Part shown: one piece after another, positions 51,401 to 64,000 of the stretch
Layout of the letters: each line of letters begins with the position of its first letter
How positions within the stretch are numbered: the first letter of the stretch is position 1
From: Trichodelitschia bisporula
Lineage: Eukaryota
Length of the DNA: 64,000 bases
Direction of reading: 5' to 3'
NCBI GenBank assembly: GCA_010356995.1
Contig: ML996697.1
Coordinates: 915,793-979,792 of the forward strand
Program-made: the position numbers and the translations under genes
The notes under the pieces: generated by a model
What the model saw: the letters and a program-made list of their open reading frames with translations, nothing else
Databases searched by the model: none
Told to the model about the DNA's origin: nothing

Positions 51401-52814
51401 AGGGGGCTGAGCACGAGAGGGCGAGTGGGAGCGCCGGCGCAACGCTGATTGGTGTGTGCCCGGGCGTCGCGGCTGCAGTAGCGCGGCTTGCTTTTGGCGG
51501 ATGGTGGTGCAGCGGAAGCCGCGCGCAGGTACCCTTGATTGCAGGCGGGATCTTCAGCCTGGTCGGATAGAAGAGCTGAGGGGGGGGGGGGCACGCCTTG
51601 ATACGGCGGGACTTTGGGGCGTGCGTCATGGTATTGGATGGGTGTGTGGGTTGTGTGTGTGCATGGAGGGGGAACCTGGAATGAGAAGTCTCGCCGGGAT
51701 GTTGCGACGAACAGCCGCGGGCCTCGCCGCACGGATTGAGGCACCACATTTGCAATCGCATCGAGGCGAAGAAGGCAACTGGGAGGCGACAGCAGTTCTT
51801 CGGCGGTTCCTGGATTGCGCAAGTCGGCGACGCATCCGAAGGCTTTTCCTTTTCACGACCAGTCGTCTTGCACAATTCACGCCAGGCATCTCAAATCCAC
51901 CATCCATGATTGAGGATCATCCACCATCATCCATGTCCCAGGTCTATCGATAGCAACCCCGACGGGCGGCGTGTGGCTTCCCGGTGGCTTACGACACGGG
52001 GTCACGAGCCCTGCTGACGGACTGATCACAGGCTTTTCCTGCGAACACCCGGCGCACACAATTGCGTCGAGCATGTGGGCTGCGACCCGGGAAGAGAGTT
52101 GAGCAGCGAGGCTTGCATCATGTTGCAAGGGAAGCATACTGGAGATGGAGTGTTGCTAACCGTTTGGAGTTGCCCCGATGGGCCCGACGCTGGAGGCTCG
52201 CGAGGAGCTGCTAAACTCGAAATGGCGAATGGCGTTGCCTTTGCGTTGCGCTAGGTGCTGCTTGGCGCACGCTGCGGAGAGCGGGTTGGTGGATGGGGAC
52301 TGGGGGGTGATGTTGGAGGGGGGAGGGGTTGGTGAGAATTGGGGAGGGGGAGGGGGTCGATGGCTATTGATGGATGGGTTGATGGTGGGGAGGGGGGGGT
52401 GGAATGGAGGGATGCTCCCTCTTGTCCTGCTCTTGCGCCTCCTGCGGGCGTTGATGGTGGAGGTGGAGGTGGAGGAGATGGCGGAGGTGGAGCAGCAGCG
52501 GGTGCATCAAGAGGAGGAGAAGCAGAATGAAGGCATGAAGGAGGGTGTGGAGCAGCACCAAAGTGGAGTCTGTGTGGCACTGGAGGAGGAGTGCGAAAGG
52601 TGAGAAAGACAGGAAGCACCTCCAACCCCACACTTGCGCAGTACTCACCACCCTCTTCTCCACCTCCTCCACCTCCTCCACCTTCTCCTCACTCCACACT
52701 CCACTCCCCTCCTCCCTCCTCCATCCCCTTCACCCCCATCAGGCGGCCCAGAGAACTCACACACTTCCTTCAAAGAGGGGCTGCGCGCAAGGGATCACGC
52801 GGCGCTGCCCAGGT

Positions 52815-52821
52815 ATATAAG
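52815..52821 (+). promoter_or_regulatory. Candidate TATA box of the ORF at 53001
   Basis: TATATAA about 185 nt upstream of TCAAAATG, followed by a pyrimidine-rich leader. Confidence 0.5.
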
Positions 52822-53000
52822 CATACTCGCATCTCCTCTCCCATTCGCTGCCATCCCTTCCACTTTGGACCTCCATCTTGCATCTGCTTTACCATCGCTG
52901 CTAGCTCTGATCTCCGTCGCATCTCGTCGCCCTCAACAACCTCCCCTCCTCCCCCCCCCCTTCCTTCTCTCTTTCCACATCCACCCCCCGCTCCCTCAAA

Positions 53001-53762
53001 ATGTGCTTCTTCTCCTCCTCCGACAAAAAACGCCGCTACTCCTCCCTCCACAGCGACGAAAACCTCAACCCGCGCCACAAACGTATCTCCCGCCCTCCCT
53101 CCTCGCACTCCCGCTACGAGCCCCTCCACGGACAAGGCATAAAGCGCTCTCCCCCCCGCAACGTCGCGACCAAACCCCGCTCCAGCGAAAACGACAAACC
53201 CCTCCGCGGCACCGGCGCAAAGCGACACGACCCCGCATCTACACGCGCCAAGAAACCGCAAATGGCCGAGCAGCGCCCCCCCGCGCCCACGCCCCCGCAA
53301 GTCGCAAAGAACACCCGCACCGATTACCGCGCCAGCGATGCGCGCCGCCGGTCTTCCGACACGAGGCGGCATTCCGTCGCCGACCCCCAGCCTACGCGGC
53401 GCACCAGCTCCGGCGCGCGCAGTACGAACCGTCATTCCTACCCCCGCCCCGCGACGCCCTACCACGCGGCCACCGGCTACTCCCCTCAACAGGCGCAATA
53501 CTCCTACCCTGAAGCCCAACAGCAGATGACCGAGTCCGACACCACCGCTGCCGCCTGGGCCGCCTACTACGCCTCCTACGCCGCGCCGCCGGCGAGCGGC
53601 TACGCCCCCCCTAAGCCGGCGCATGCGGCGGTGCGGGATCCGAGTGCGGTGCGGTATGCGACGAGTGCGGCGCTTAGGGGGGGGGATGTGGGGCCCGCGC
53701 GGGGGTTGAGGCGGCAGCCGGCGTATGGGCATTTGCGGTATAGTAATGGGGAGTGGGCTTGA
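53001..53762 (+). CDS. Hypothetical 253-aa basic, low-complexity protein
   Basis: Intronless ORF with good fungal start context (TCAAAATG), upstream TATA box, C-ending codon bias and the same C-rich-to-G-rich polarity as neighbouring real genes. No recognisable domain. Confidence 0.6.
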   Translation: MCFFSSSDKKRRYSSLHSDENLNPRHKRISRPPSSHSRYEPLHGQGIKRSPPRNVATKPRSSENDKPLRGTGAKRHDPASTRAKKPQMAEQRPPAPTPPQVAKNTRTDYRASDARRRSSDTRRHSVADPQPTRRTSSGARSTNRHSYPRPATPYHAATGYSPQQAQYSYPEAQQQMTESDTTAAAWAAYYASYAAPPASGYAPPKPAHAAVRDPSAVRYATSAALRGGDVGPARGLRRQPAYGHLRYSNGEWA

Positions 53763-56099
53763 GGGGGGGGCGAGGGAAGCGAGGGAACGCTGAGTGACCG
53801 CCGAGCTATTGCGATGAAAGCCGGGCGATGGGACGGGCGATCTGCGCATGCGACTGACAGCGGCTACTGCAAGGCGCTGCTGCACGGCGGGAACGCGCAG
53901 CGTTTCCTTTGTCCGCATGTCGCAGCCTAGCCTGGTTGGCGAGAAACGGCGCACGTTTCGCCGCGCTGGGAAAGGCTGAGGCTTTAGTTCTAGCCTTGCG
54001 AGCACGGCGGCATCTCAAACCTATGCCGCGCGCGGCTGGCCGGGACAGACAAACACGGGTGGCATCTAGACGGGCGGTTTCTGCGGGTTTTGCGCCTGAC
54101 TCTGGATTGACTTTGCGGCGCGGCTGGGGCGGGCGGTGTGGTCCGTGAACTTGGGCGCCGTCGGAGAGGATGCGGGACGTTTCATCGGTCGGCATTGGCG
54201 GGGTGGTGGCGTTTGTGGGCCGTGGGCGGGGTGTGCTTACGCGTAGAGCTTTTGGCGTGGATATGGGTGCGAACGACATGGTGCAAGTGAGTGGACGGGT
54301 TTTGGACGGCGTTTCTTGGTTTTAGGCGTTTGGGGGTGGGATGGGTGGGCGGCGTGTTTAAGGTGCTAGGCAATGAGGGCGTCTTGGATGTTAGTTCAAT
54401 ATACAACGTAGCCGATGGCTAGTTTCTCCTCCGCTTTGTGAGCTGTGCGGTTGGTTTGACGTGTGTAGTGATGCGAGCTGAGAACGATGGCATGGCCGGC
54501 CTTTGAGGCGGTGATGGATGAGTGGTGGCGCGCGGAGTTGATGTCGGGGTTTGGAGGCGCGCGCTTCATTGGCGATGACGTCTGTTCCCGCTAATTGACC
54601 TTCACGACACGACCCTCCACGCACCTCACAATGCTGACGACCTACGTTCATGAAAACCCCGCCGCTTACGGCCATGTCGCAAGAAAGGATGGCGCGTGAA
54701 GGGCACGTCGGAGATTGGAGGCGCGCTCCGAGGTTCCGATGACGTCTCCTGCTGTTGGTGGGCCTTCTACGCGTTTCGCCATGCTAACGACCGACGTTCG
54801 TGAGAACTCTGCCGGGTATCGCCATGTCGCCAGCTTCATTCGCCCGCTTCTTATGAGGTTTTCTCAAGGACGGACTGCACGGCCGGGTATCGCGTTCAGT
54901 GTGCGTACGGGCGCCCTCGAACTTCTTTGCCATTTTTGTGGACGCCATCATTATCCGCTTCGTGCAATCCGTACCTTTGGTCCGGGATTGTGTTTACCAG
55001 AGCGCCATCCAGGTCGGGACGTCCGAGACTACTGGTAGATCGTGCATACGAGGCTGTTTGGACGGTCTTCCGGCGGATCGCATCTCATTTTCAGTCGAAG
55101 GTGCTAGAGTGGGTTCGAATCAGCACTCAGACTTCATCAGCCGCAGTTCGGGACTCACCGTGTACTATCGGACGGCGTCGAGCTCGGGTACTCACCGCCT
55201 GGGGATGGGGATATCGTTCTTAGCGCTTTTGCGTCAAAATAAGCCCACGGAGGCCATCGGCTACGGTCCGGGACTCGCCTCGCGCCATGGGACGTCGTCG
55301 GACCCTTCATCTTCAGGTGCGCATGTAGACGCGCTCGGGCTTCCTGCCGATAGTCCCCCTCTGATCCAGAGCTGTACTGTATATGCCGATTTCCCAACAA
55401 AATCAGAACGTCCGAGACTATCAGCACGTCGCGTAACTGATGCCGCACGACGGCATTCCTGTGTATCGCATGTCGTTTCCACTCGACGGCCCTAACGTGG
55501 GGGTTGAGTTAGCACTCAGTCTCCATCAGCCACAATCCGGGACTCACCATGTGCCATGGGACATCGTCAGACTCTCCGTATGCAGGGTAGCGATGTCGTC
55601 CTTCGAAAATTTGGCGACTTGGACCGACTGTTGCGGCCCATGGAGCCGGTACGCTGCGCAGTTGAGGATCAAAGTGGGAGACTGGATGTTTGGGAGAGCT
55701 TGAGCTGGGCCGTAATGTTTCCAGTGAGTCTTGCTAATCGTTCCTTCCCTGTTTGGTCAGTTCGGTCCTGCCAATACTCTCTTCTGCCCATTTTTCCTTG
55801 AAGCATTTAGCTAGCGCGAAATGATGCAGGCCGGACTGCCGCACGGGATCATGCCGATAGTGGGCACTGCGCCAGTTCTCCCGCTGAACCTCATCGTGGC
55901 CCGCTTACTCATAAGCTCAAATGATCCAGTCATCGGAAAGCGATCAAGAATGAATTCATGCTACTCTAACTCCAGATCATGCAAGCAATGAACGTCGCAC
56001 CGTGTTGCGCACGGCAGCGAGCGTGAAGTCCATGGAAAGCAAGAGACGGGTATCCAAAAACTCGCACCCGCTCGCCTGTCCATCTTCCTGCGACACTGT

Positions 56100-59000
56100 T
56101 TACCCCCCCTTCGGCTTCTTCGACTTCTTCCAATTCTTCGAAAGGGCTGGCTTCCCCTCCTCCTTTTTATCCTCATCCCCAAGGCCCATAATATCAGCTA
56201 CGCTGGCTTCTGCTGTATACATAGGGGGGTTTGAGGCGACGGATGAGTCCTCAGCTTTTGAGCCTTTAGGCTTAGCATCCGTCGACGACACCAAACCCTT
56301 CACCGGTGGGAGATCTTTGACTGGATCGAAGGGCAACCCCGTCGCCTTTTCCTTTCCCTTCCCCTTTGGCGGATCGGACGGTAGCCTCGTTGCCTTCTCC
56401 TTCTCCTTTTCCTCCCCCTTGGGCGGATCAGACGCTTCTCCTGCGCTCTTCTCCTTTTTCTTCTCCTTTTTCAAAAGGACTGGCTTCCATCCCTCCTCCT
56501 TTTTGTCCTGATCCCCAAGGCCCATAATATCAGCTACGCTGGCTTCGGCTGTGTACATGGGGGGCTTTGAGGCTACGGATGAGTCCTCAGCTTTTGAGCC
56601 TTCAGGCTTCGCGTCCGTAGACGACACCAAATCCCCCACCCGTGGGAAGTCCTTGACTGGATCGAAGGGCAACCCTGTCGCCTTTTCCTTTCCCTTTCCC
56701 TTTGGCGGATCGGACGGTAGCCTCGTTGCCTTCTCCTTCTCATTTTCCTTCCCCTTGAGCGGATCGGACGTCTCTCCTGCGCTCTTCTCCTTCTTCTTCT
56801 CCTTCTTCGATAGGACCGGCTTCCATCCCGCCTCCTTTTTGTCCTGATCCCCACGGCCCGTAACATCAGCTACGCTGGCTTCGGCTGTATACACGGGAGG
56901 CTTTGAGGCGACAGATGACTCTCCAGCTTTTGAGCTTTCACGCTTAGGGTCCGCCGACGGTACTAAATCCTTCACGGATGGGAGTTCCCTGACTGGATCG
57001 AAGGGGAGCCACGTCACCTTTTTCTTTTCTTTTCCCTTTGGCGGATCGGACGATAGCCTCGTTGTCTTCTCCTTTCCCTTTCCCTTTCCCTTTGCTGGAT
57101 CAGACGGTTCTCCTGCGCTCGCGGCCCGTGGGTCGCTCGATTGTCCCGCTGCCACCGTGGCCCAGGTGCCCGTCAGCTCTGGGGAGGACCTCTGGAGCGC
57201 CTCTACAACCTCTTTGCGGCCTAATTCCGCGACTACCTTTGGGTCCCAACTGTCCTTTTCCCCTTGGAGCAGCTCCTTTACAGTCGCGGAGCGTTCTGAA
57301 GCCTTGGTTGCCTCCCTGGCCGATGTGCCCTTCGGTCCTTCTGACAGCTTCTCTGCAGCCTTGGGGTCGCCTGGTGTTTCGGCTGCCTCCGCGGCCGGTG
57401 TGCTCCCCCATCGTTCGACCTGCTCCCGTAAGATGTTCGTTAATTGTAAAGCCTTTCCGCCGAGAATTTCTTCTGCCACAGCCCTTAAATGGGTCAATTC
57501 TTTTAGTGTAACCGGGAAGCCGTATTGTTCGACTAAATCCGCGGCCGATGTGTCCTTGGGCCCTTTGGACGGCTTCCCTGCAGCCTTGGTGTCACCTGGT
57601 GCTTCGGCTGCCTCAGCGGTTCCGATGCTCTCCCATCGTTTAAGGTCCTCCATTAAGAGCTTCGTCACAGCCTCTTTTATGGCTGGTTCTTCCAGCGTGG
57701 CTATTGCTTCAAACATAATCTGGGGGCCGGTTTTACCGACCATATCCTCGATCTCTTGGCGTATGTCTTCGACTGGGTCATTCGGCCCTTCAGACGGCTT
57801 CTCTGCAACCTCTTGGAGACCCGAAGCCTCGGATGCTCCCGCAGCTCCCGGGTCCTTCGGCTCTTTGGGCAACCCCTCTGCAGCCTTGGACCCGCCTGAT
57901 GCTTGTGCTGCCTCTATGGCCGATGTTTTCTTCCCAAGTTCGAAGTGCCACTGTACGAGACTCACCGCATCCTTTGGACCACCTGACCATGCCAGCCATT
58001 CCTTTGGGCCGCCAAGTCTTTCAATCACCTCCCTGGCCCCTGGGTCCTGCGGCCCTTGGAGGAACTCCTGTGCGGCCTGTAAGTTGCCCATAGCCTCGGT
58101 TGCGTCCGTGAGCAATGCCTCTTCCGTCCATTCGGACGGCCCCTCTGCAGCATTGAGGTCGCCTGATGCTTCGGCCCCTAGGTCCTTCGGCCCTTCGGAT
58201 AGCTCTTTTACAGCCTCGGGGTCGCCTGATGCTTCGGCCCATAGGTCCTTCGGCCCTTCAGATAGCTTCTTTACAGCCTCGGGGTCGCCTGGTACTTCGG
58301 CCCCTGCTTCCTTCGGCTTTCCAGACGGTTCCTCTATAGCCTTGCGGTCATCTGGTGTTTTACCTGCCTTTCTGGCCCGCAAGTGCGCTATCTCGGTGCT
58401 GACAATGCTTACCAGCTCGAGTCCTTCGTCTCCTGGGATTATCCCTTTGGACAGTTCGTCCAACGCCTTGAAGACCTTCCAGACACCCTCGTCGCCGCCT
58501 AATTTTTTGACAAAATTCATGTTCCGTTGGCCGTTTGATAAAAGCAGCTCCCCGAATTCCGTGAAGTCTGGTTCGTCGCCCGGGGTCTTCGGCCCTTCGG
58601 ACAGCTTCTTTGCAGCCTCAGGGTCGCCTGATGCTTCGGTCTCGAGGCCCTTCGGCTCTTCGAACAGCTCCTTTGCAGCCTCGGGATCGCTTGATGCTTC
58701 TCCCTCTGTGGCCTTCGGCTTTTCGGACGGCTTCTCTGCAGTCCTTGGGTAGCCTGGTGCTTTCCCTGCAATTTTGGCCGGCATGTCCGCGGTCTTATCA
58801 GCGACGTCGTTCCTCGAGCGGCGTGGTGATTCGGCCCCTAGGTCTTCGGCCCCCAAGTCCTTCGGCCCTTCGACCTGCGCTACGAGCTTCCGTATGAACT
58901 TCAAACCAGCCCCGTCTTCGCCGTATGCTTTGACCACCTCCATATTGACTTGGCCATCCGGCCCTAGGAACTGATTCTCGGGGAGGTTTGGTTCTTCGAG

Positions 59001-62000
59001 CACTGGGGCCTTCGCCTTTTTGGGCTGCCCTTCTACAGCCTCGGGGTCGCCCGATGCTTCGGTCTCTAGGCCCTTCGGCTCTTCGAACAGCTCCTTTGCA
59101 GCTTTAGGCTCACCTGAAGCTTCGGCCCATACGTCTTTCGGCTTTCTACACGGCTCTTCTGCAGCCTTGGGATCACCTGGTGCGTTGCTCGCCTTTTTGG
59201 TCTGCGTCTCCGAGATCTCTTCGGCGACGTCTTCCGTCGAGCGGCCTAGTGCTTCGGCCCCTATGTTCTTTTGCCCCTCGGACAGCTCCGTAAGCTCCGT
59301 AAAGAGCTCCAGAACAGCCTCCAAGTCGCCGTGTGCTTCGACTTCTTCCATATTAAATTCGCCATCCGGTCTTTTGAACTGCCCCACTAAGTGGTCTAGT
59401 TCTAGCTGTTCGAGCGCTGGGCCCTTCGGTCGTTCGGACAGCTCCTTTTCAGCCTTTGGGCTCCCTGATGCAGCGCCTGCCTTCTTGGCCTGTATGTCCT
59501 GGAACTGTGTGGCGATATCATCTAAGCCTTTTGCGGCAGTCCTCATGGAGCCAATCGCTTTGTTGAATTTGTCCATCGGCAATGGAAACACTTCTCCTTT
59601 AGCCTTTGGGCTACTTGATGCTTCGGCTGCCTCCGTGGGCCTTGTGTCGTTCGGTCTTTTGGACAGCCCCTCTACAGCCTTTGCGGTCTCCGCTTGTTTT
59701 GCCGGCTCTTTGGCAGTCTCTGAGGCGACCGGCTGCATGGCAAGCTGTTCCGCTGGCTGTGCAGTCCCTGTCGGTTTGCTCGGCCCTTCTGCAGTCCTTG
59801 CTGGCTCCGCGTCCTTGACCGTCGTTTCTGCAGCTTTTGTGGTCCCCGCCTCTCTCGTCCGGAGTTCAGCAGCGCCTGTGGCGGGAAGCTCTGTGGCTCG
59901 CTTCCCATCCCATAAAGAACGCGCCTTTTCGGTCACCGTCGGGGACACCACAGCCTCCATCTCGTCGGACATTGGCGGAGGCTTTGTCACTGGGACACGA
60001 TCCAGGGGCAATAGAGCCTTCAACCGGTTGGAGAATTGCAAAGGATCCAGAGAAGAATTCGCTATTGCGCCCAGATCCCAGGATAACAGAACCTTCTTCA
60101 TCTTGTCCGCTATATCCAAAGCTCGACCTCCCTCGTTTGTGGATACGCTCGCGATCACGGCCTTTGCGGTGGCTGCCTCTTCGGCCGGCTCCGGAGCCTT
60201 GGTGGTCTCCACGGCTTCGGGCGCCTTCGAAGCCTTTGCCTCCAATTCTCCAGTTAGCTCGGAAACACGTGTGGACGCTGCTTCGTCGACCACCTGCGAA
60301 GTATTTGAATAACTCTCCTCGGAACCCTCTTGAGCCGTTGTGGTCGTTCCCTCCCCTGTCGGTATTCTTGCAACGCCTTTGGCGGCTAGCTCCCGCATCA
60401 GCTCTGCGTGCCGTAAAGACTCTTCCTCTTCAAGTTGTGGAGCGACTCGAGGCCCCATATCGTCCAGCAGTTCCCGCATCGTCGTCCCCCATGAAGAATT
60501 CATCACTTCAGCCACGGCCGTGGACAATATAGCCTTCCCCCGCTCGCGGTTTTCCAAAGGTCGACCTCCTGTGCTTTTGGCCGGCGTCAAGACCAGTGCG
60601 CGGGCTGTCCCTTCGGCTCGCTCTCGCTCCTGAGCCTTGGTGGCAACAGGTGAGGATTCTGCTTCTTCGGCCACCTTCAAAGACTTTGAGATTCCCTCCT
60701 CAACGCCCTTTCCATTTTCTCGTGGCTTCGGCTCCATAGCTTGCTCTGAAGCTATTGACGAGTGCTCCTGACCTGCCGGCTTCAAGGTCTCCTGACCTGC
60801 CGGTCGGCGAGGCATCCGCAAAGCCGCCATGGTCTCCAGCAGTGGATCCGCCTCTCTTTGAAGTGCCAGCTAGGTCGCGGTTAGCATGTTACGTCGCTGG
60901 AGCCACAAAGTTCGTGAGTGAATTTACCCCAGCACGGTGATGCTCCGTAAACTTCCGGCACGTGTCTATGAGGGTATCATTCTCCTGTTGGAGCTGGTGC
61001 AGCTGCTTCAATATCTTCGCGCTCTCTTCTTCCAATAGCTCTTTTTCTGTACCCAGCTGTACGGAGTGCATCGTCCTCTCGTAATGCTCCATAACCAGTT
61101 TGTAATAATGCTTCCCGATCATCTGGGAATTGTTCAACTGGTCTTCCAGCGCTTTTCGGAAAGCGCCAACCTGCTTTCCCGTTGCTCTTTGGAGAGCTTC
61201 ACACTTTTTCCGGAGAAGCTTCTCTCGAGACGTCGGTTTTAGGAGGTTTTCTCGCATTGCGTCGGCCAATTCATGCGCCTCATCGACCATGGCCCATATC
61301 GCATCATCCACCCGCGACTGAGCCTCAACCGTGGCATCCCAAGCTTTTTCTTCCTTGACAAAGGCTTCTATTTGCGCCTTAAGAGCAGCATTCTCTTCGT
61401 GAGCGGCTGTACTGCCGGGTTGCGCAACAATTTGAGCCTCGTGGAGCTCAATTAAACGTCTCAGCTCATGAACCATCGCCCTTGAACGATTCTTTAGCTG
61501 AAGGATCGATTCCCGGTTTTTTTCTAGCCACCTGTTATCATCATTCTTCTGCTCTTGACCATGACGTTCCTCCATATCCTCCAGCTCTTTTTTGTGCTTT
61601 CGCTCAGCGGTCTTCATCTCTTCCATGTGCTTTCGCTCAATGACCTCGGTCTCTTCCGTGTGCTTTTGCTCCATCTGCTTGTGCCTATGCTCCAGATACT
61701 GGGCCTTGGTGTGCAGCCGCTTATTTTCGTGCTCAATCTCCTGCATCTCGTCCTTGTGCTTTTGCTCTAGCGCCTTGTTCTGGTCGCGCAGTGCCGCCTC
61801 ATGAGCTCGCTCAGTGGCCTTCAAGTTTTCCTTGTGACTTCGCCTCATATCCGTCATCCGATTGTGCAGCCCCGCCTCATTCTCCGTTGATTTCCTGAGG
61901 TCCGCCTCGGCCCTTGCCTTCTCTTTCCTCTCACGTTCAGATTCCTTGAGCTTTTGGCTCATGTCCACGACCTTTCGCTCCATGGCCTTGTTCTGGTCGC

Positions 62001-63435
62001 GCAGCACCGCCTCGTTGGCCTCCGATCTCTTGAGGTCTGCCGCGACTTTGGCCAACTCTTTGTTCACGAGCTCATCCTCTCGGGACTTCTTCTTCTCCTC
62101 CTCGAGCTCTCGCTCCAGGTCCTGGATCCGGTCTTGTAACCTCGCTGTAGTAGTCTCTACCCATTCATTCAAGTCCACTACCGTCGTTGCCATCCTTCCC
62201 AGCTCAGCCGCATCTTCTTTGATCTTTTGGCCCATGTCCACGACCTTTCGCTCCAGGTCCTTGTTCTGGTCGCGCAGCACCGCCTCATTGGCCTCCGATT
62301 TCTCGAGTTTCGCCGCGACTTCAGCCAGCTCGTTGCTCACAAGCTCATATTCTTGGGACTTTTGCTTCATGACCACGAGCTCTCGCTCCATCTCCACGAT
62401 CCGGTGTCGCAACGGCTCCTCGGAAGCCTCCTTTGATTGTTGAAGGTGCGCCATGGCCTCTTGCATATCTCTGAACCTGCGCTCTTCATCTATGTGCTCT
62501 TGTTGCTTGGTGTCGAGCTGTCGCTCCAGGTCCTTGTACTTGTCGCGCAGCACCCGCCCATCAATCTCCACCTTCTCGAGCTCCGCCTCGAGCTTGGCCT
62601 GCTCTTTTCTTGCACTCCCAGTCAGGGCTTTCACCGCTTCCTCCTGCGAAACCTCTTGCCGCTTGAGCTTTCGCTCCAAGGCGGCCCTCATCTCTTGCAG
62701 AAGCGCTATCCTTCTCTTAAGGTACGATACTTCGTGGGCTAACTCTCCCTGTTCACCCTGATCGCCCTTCTCCGCTTCGAGCTCCTTCAATTTTCGATGT
62801 AGCATCAGATAGGCCACCTTACATGTGCGATACTGCGTCGTGAGCTCCATAATCTTCTTGTCCTTTTTCTCAAGGGACGCAGACAACCCCACCAAGTGAT
62901 CTTTGTCCCTTAGCTCTTGTGTTTCACTGCCGTCGTTGCTCACGCTGTGCCGGCGGAATAGACGAGGCGGCAGGCCGCTCGGACTGTATGCACCATGGCT
63001 CGCACTGCGCCGACGACGACGGCGAGGCTGCGTGACATTCGGTCTGTTGCCTATGGGAAACAGCCTGGCGATGCTGCATTTGAGGTCCGCCTGACGCTGA
63101 TTGTTCTCCAGCAGCATGAGGTGTAGCTTCTGGGCGCTCGCAACGAGTGGGTTGATCGCTCTGGCTGGGGCCTCGTCCAAGGCCAGCCCGGACCGCATGT
63201 ACTCGGCGAAGGCATCGAAGTCCAAGGGAGAAATGCGTTCCGCGCCATTCGGATCAACGTGGTGGGTGTGAAGGCGAGAGTGGGCTTGTTCCGGTGAGAC
63301 TTCGGGAGAAGGAGGGTTGGGGTTGTCTGTTGCGGGGGCAGAGCTGCCGGAAGGCGGAAGGTTGACTGTAACGATTGGGCTGTCGTCATCCCCATCCCAG
63401 GTGGGGACAGTTTTTTGGACGTCCGGCTGGATCAC
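56100..63435 (-). CDS. Very large (~2,400 aa) orphan protein: N-terminal coiled coil plus Glu/Lys/Pro/Ala-rich repeats; intron 60870-60927; true start uncertain
   Basis: The 848-aa and 1576-aa ORFs are joined in frame by GTAAAT..GCTAAC..TAG (..HRAG|LALQREADPLLETMAAL..). Heptad-like E/K/L/Q composition in the first part. Position 63435 is a GTG, so an upstream exon or a later ATG is likely. Confidence 0.75.
56146..57120 (-). repeat. 336-bp (112-aa) coding tandem repeat, about 3 copies
   Basis: The same anchor recurs at 56181, 56517 and 56853 (336-nt spacing); unit KEKATRLPSDPPKGKGKEKATGLPFDPV..SSVASKPPMYTAEASVADIMGLGDQDKKEEGWKP. Confidence 0.92.
57320..59480 (-). repeat. Dispersed/tandem ~20-aa coding repeats (EASGDPEAAKELSEGPKDLGA-like)
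   Basis: More than 10 recurrences of [ST]GDP[EK]A[AV]..S[EK]GPK; EASGDPEAAKELFEEPKGLETEASGDPEA-like blocks occur twice. Confidence 0.85.
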
Positions 63436-64000
63436 CCAGGAGTGTCAGCCCAGTTGCACCTCATCATACGGTTGAGAATTGGTCTCTGTCACCTCATCAT
63501 TTGTGGATGCAGCCTGAGCCTGTGAATGAACCTGGGATTCCGGAGTAGATCCCATGGAGCTGATGTATGTTTCGGTATCAATGAGAGCAGATACACAACG
63601 AAATAATGTTAGATCGTGGGGGAATGGTGATGGAATTGGTAAACAAGTGGGCTTGTGGCTACTTATCAGTACCTAGCCCGGCTGTAAACAAACAGAGAGT
63701 GGCTTCTCCTTCTCCTGGGAAGCGACCCACTGCTTCGTCAAGGCTGAACGTGCCTCCTTCTCCCGGGCAGCGACCGACTCCTTCGTCAAGACTGAACGCG
63801 CCCTCCTTCCCCGCTCGTATCGCCTTCTTCAGGAAGCTTTATCCCCCACCTTCGAAGCCAGGACCCATTGCCACCGACCTTGGCCTTTGATTCGTCTTTC
63901 CCCAACTCAGTTGGCGCGCGAAGAAGCCCAGATCCATCCTGGCCGTCCCCGGCCATTGATCCTCCTTCCTCCACCTCGTGTCCACTTGGTGCGGCTTCCG

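Noticed and set aside
52770..54005. 411-aa minus-strand ORF
   Set aside because: Non-ATG start; antisense to the better-supported 53001-53762 ORF in GC-rich sequence.
57157..60312. 531-aa and 430-aa plus-strand ORFs
   Set aside because: Ser/Phe/Ala-rich antisense shadows of the repetitive minus-strand gene.
63715..64000. 45-bp duplication and open frame at the window edge
   Set aside because: Possibly the 3' end of a gene outside the window, but too little sequence to call.

Overview
Eukaryotic DNA from a filamentous ascomycete (compact genes; 43-60 nt GT..AG introns with CTRAC/CTAAC branch points), with two assembly gaps (458-1304, 18494-18586). From left to right, the recognisable genes are: a PNP_UDP-NACHT-WD40 NLR immune receptor whose near-identical WD repeats collapsed into the first gap; a homeobox + C2H2 transcription factor; a cytochrome b561-domain membrane protein; and a Zn2Cys6 transcription factor. 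Next comes a ~15 kb accessory, decaying block (~17.4-32.6 kb) with a near-perfect 880-bp palindrome, a diverged tandem pair of orphan genes and stop-riddled gene relics. It is followed by a DUF3431 gene, a Tra2/SR-like RRM gene, NTO1, a cystinosin/ERS1 PQ-loop transporter, an RGS-LOV-type photoreceptor gene, an intron-containing tRNA-Ala(UGC), an orphan ORF and a ~2,400-aa coiled-coil/repeat protein. The most interesting observations are (i) a LOV domain that has lost both the photoactive Cys (GRNPRFLQG) and the signalling Gln (to His), (ii) a 413-bp self-inverted duplication inserted into its own gene, predicted to make a long hairpin RNA, and (iii) NLR WD repeats that differ only by non-synonymous changes. 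All calls come from motif recognition by eye; no database searches were run.
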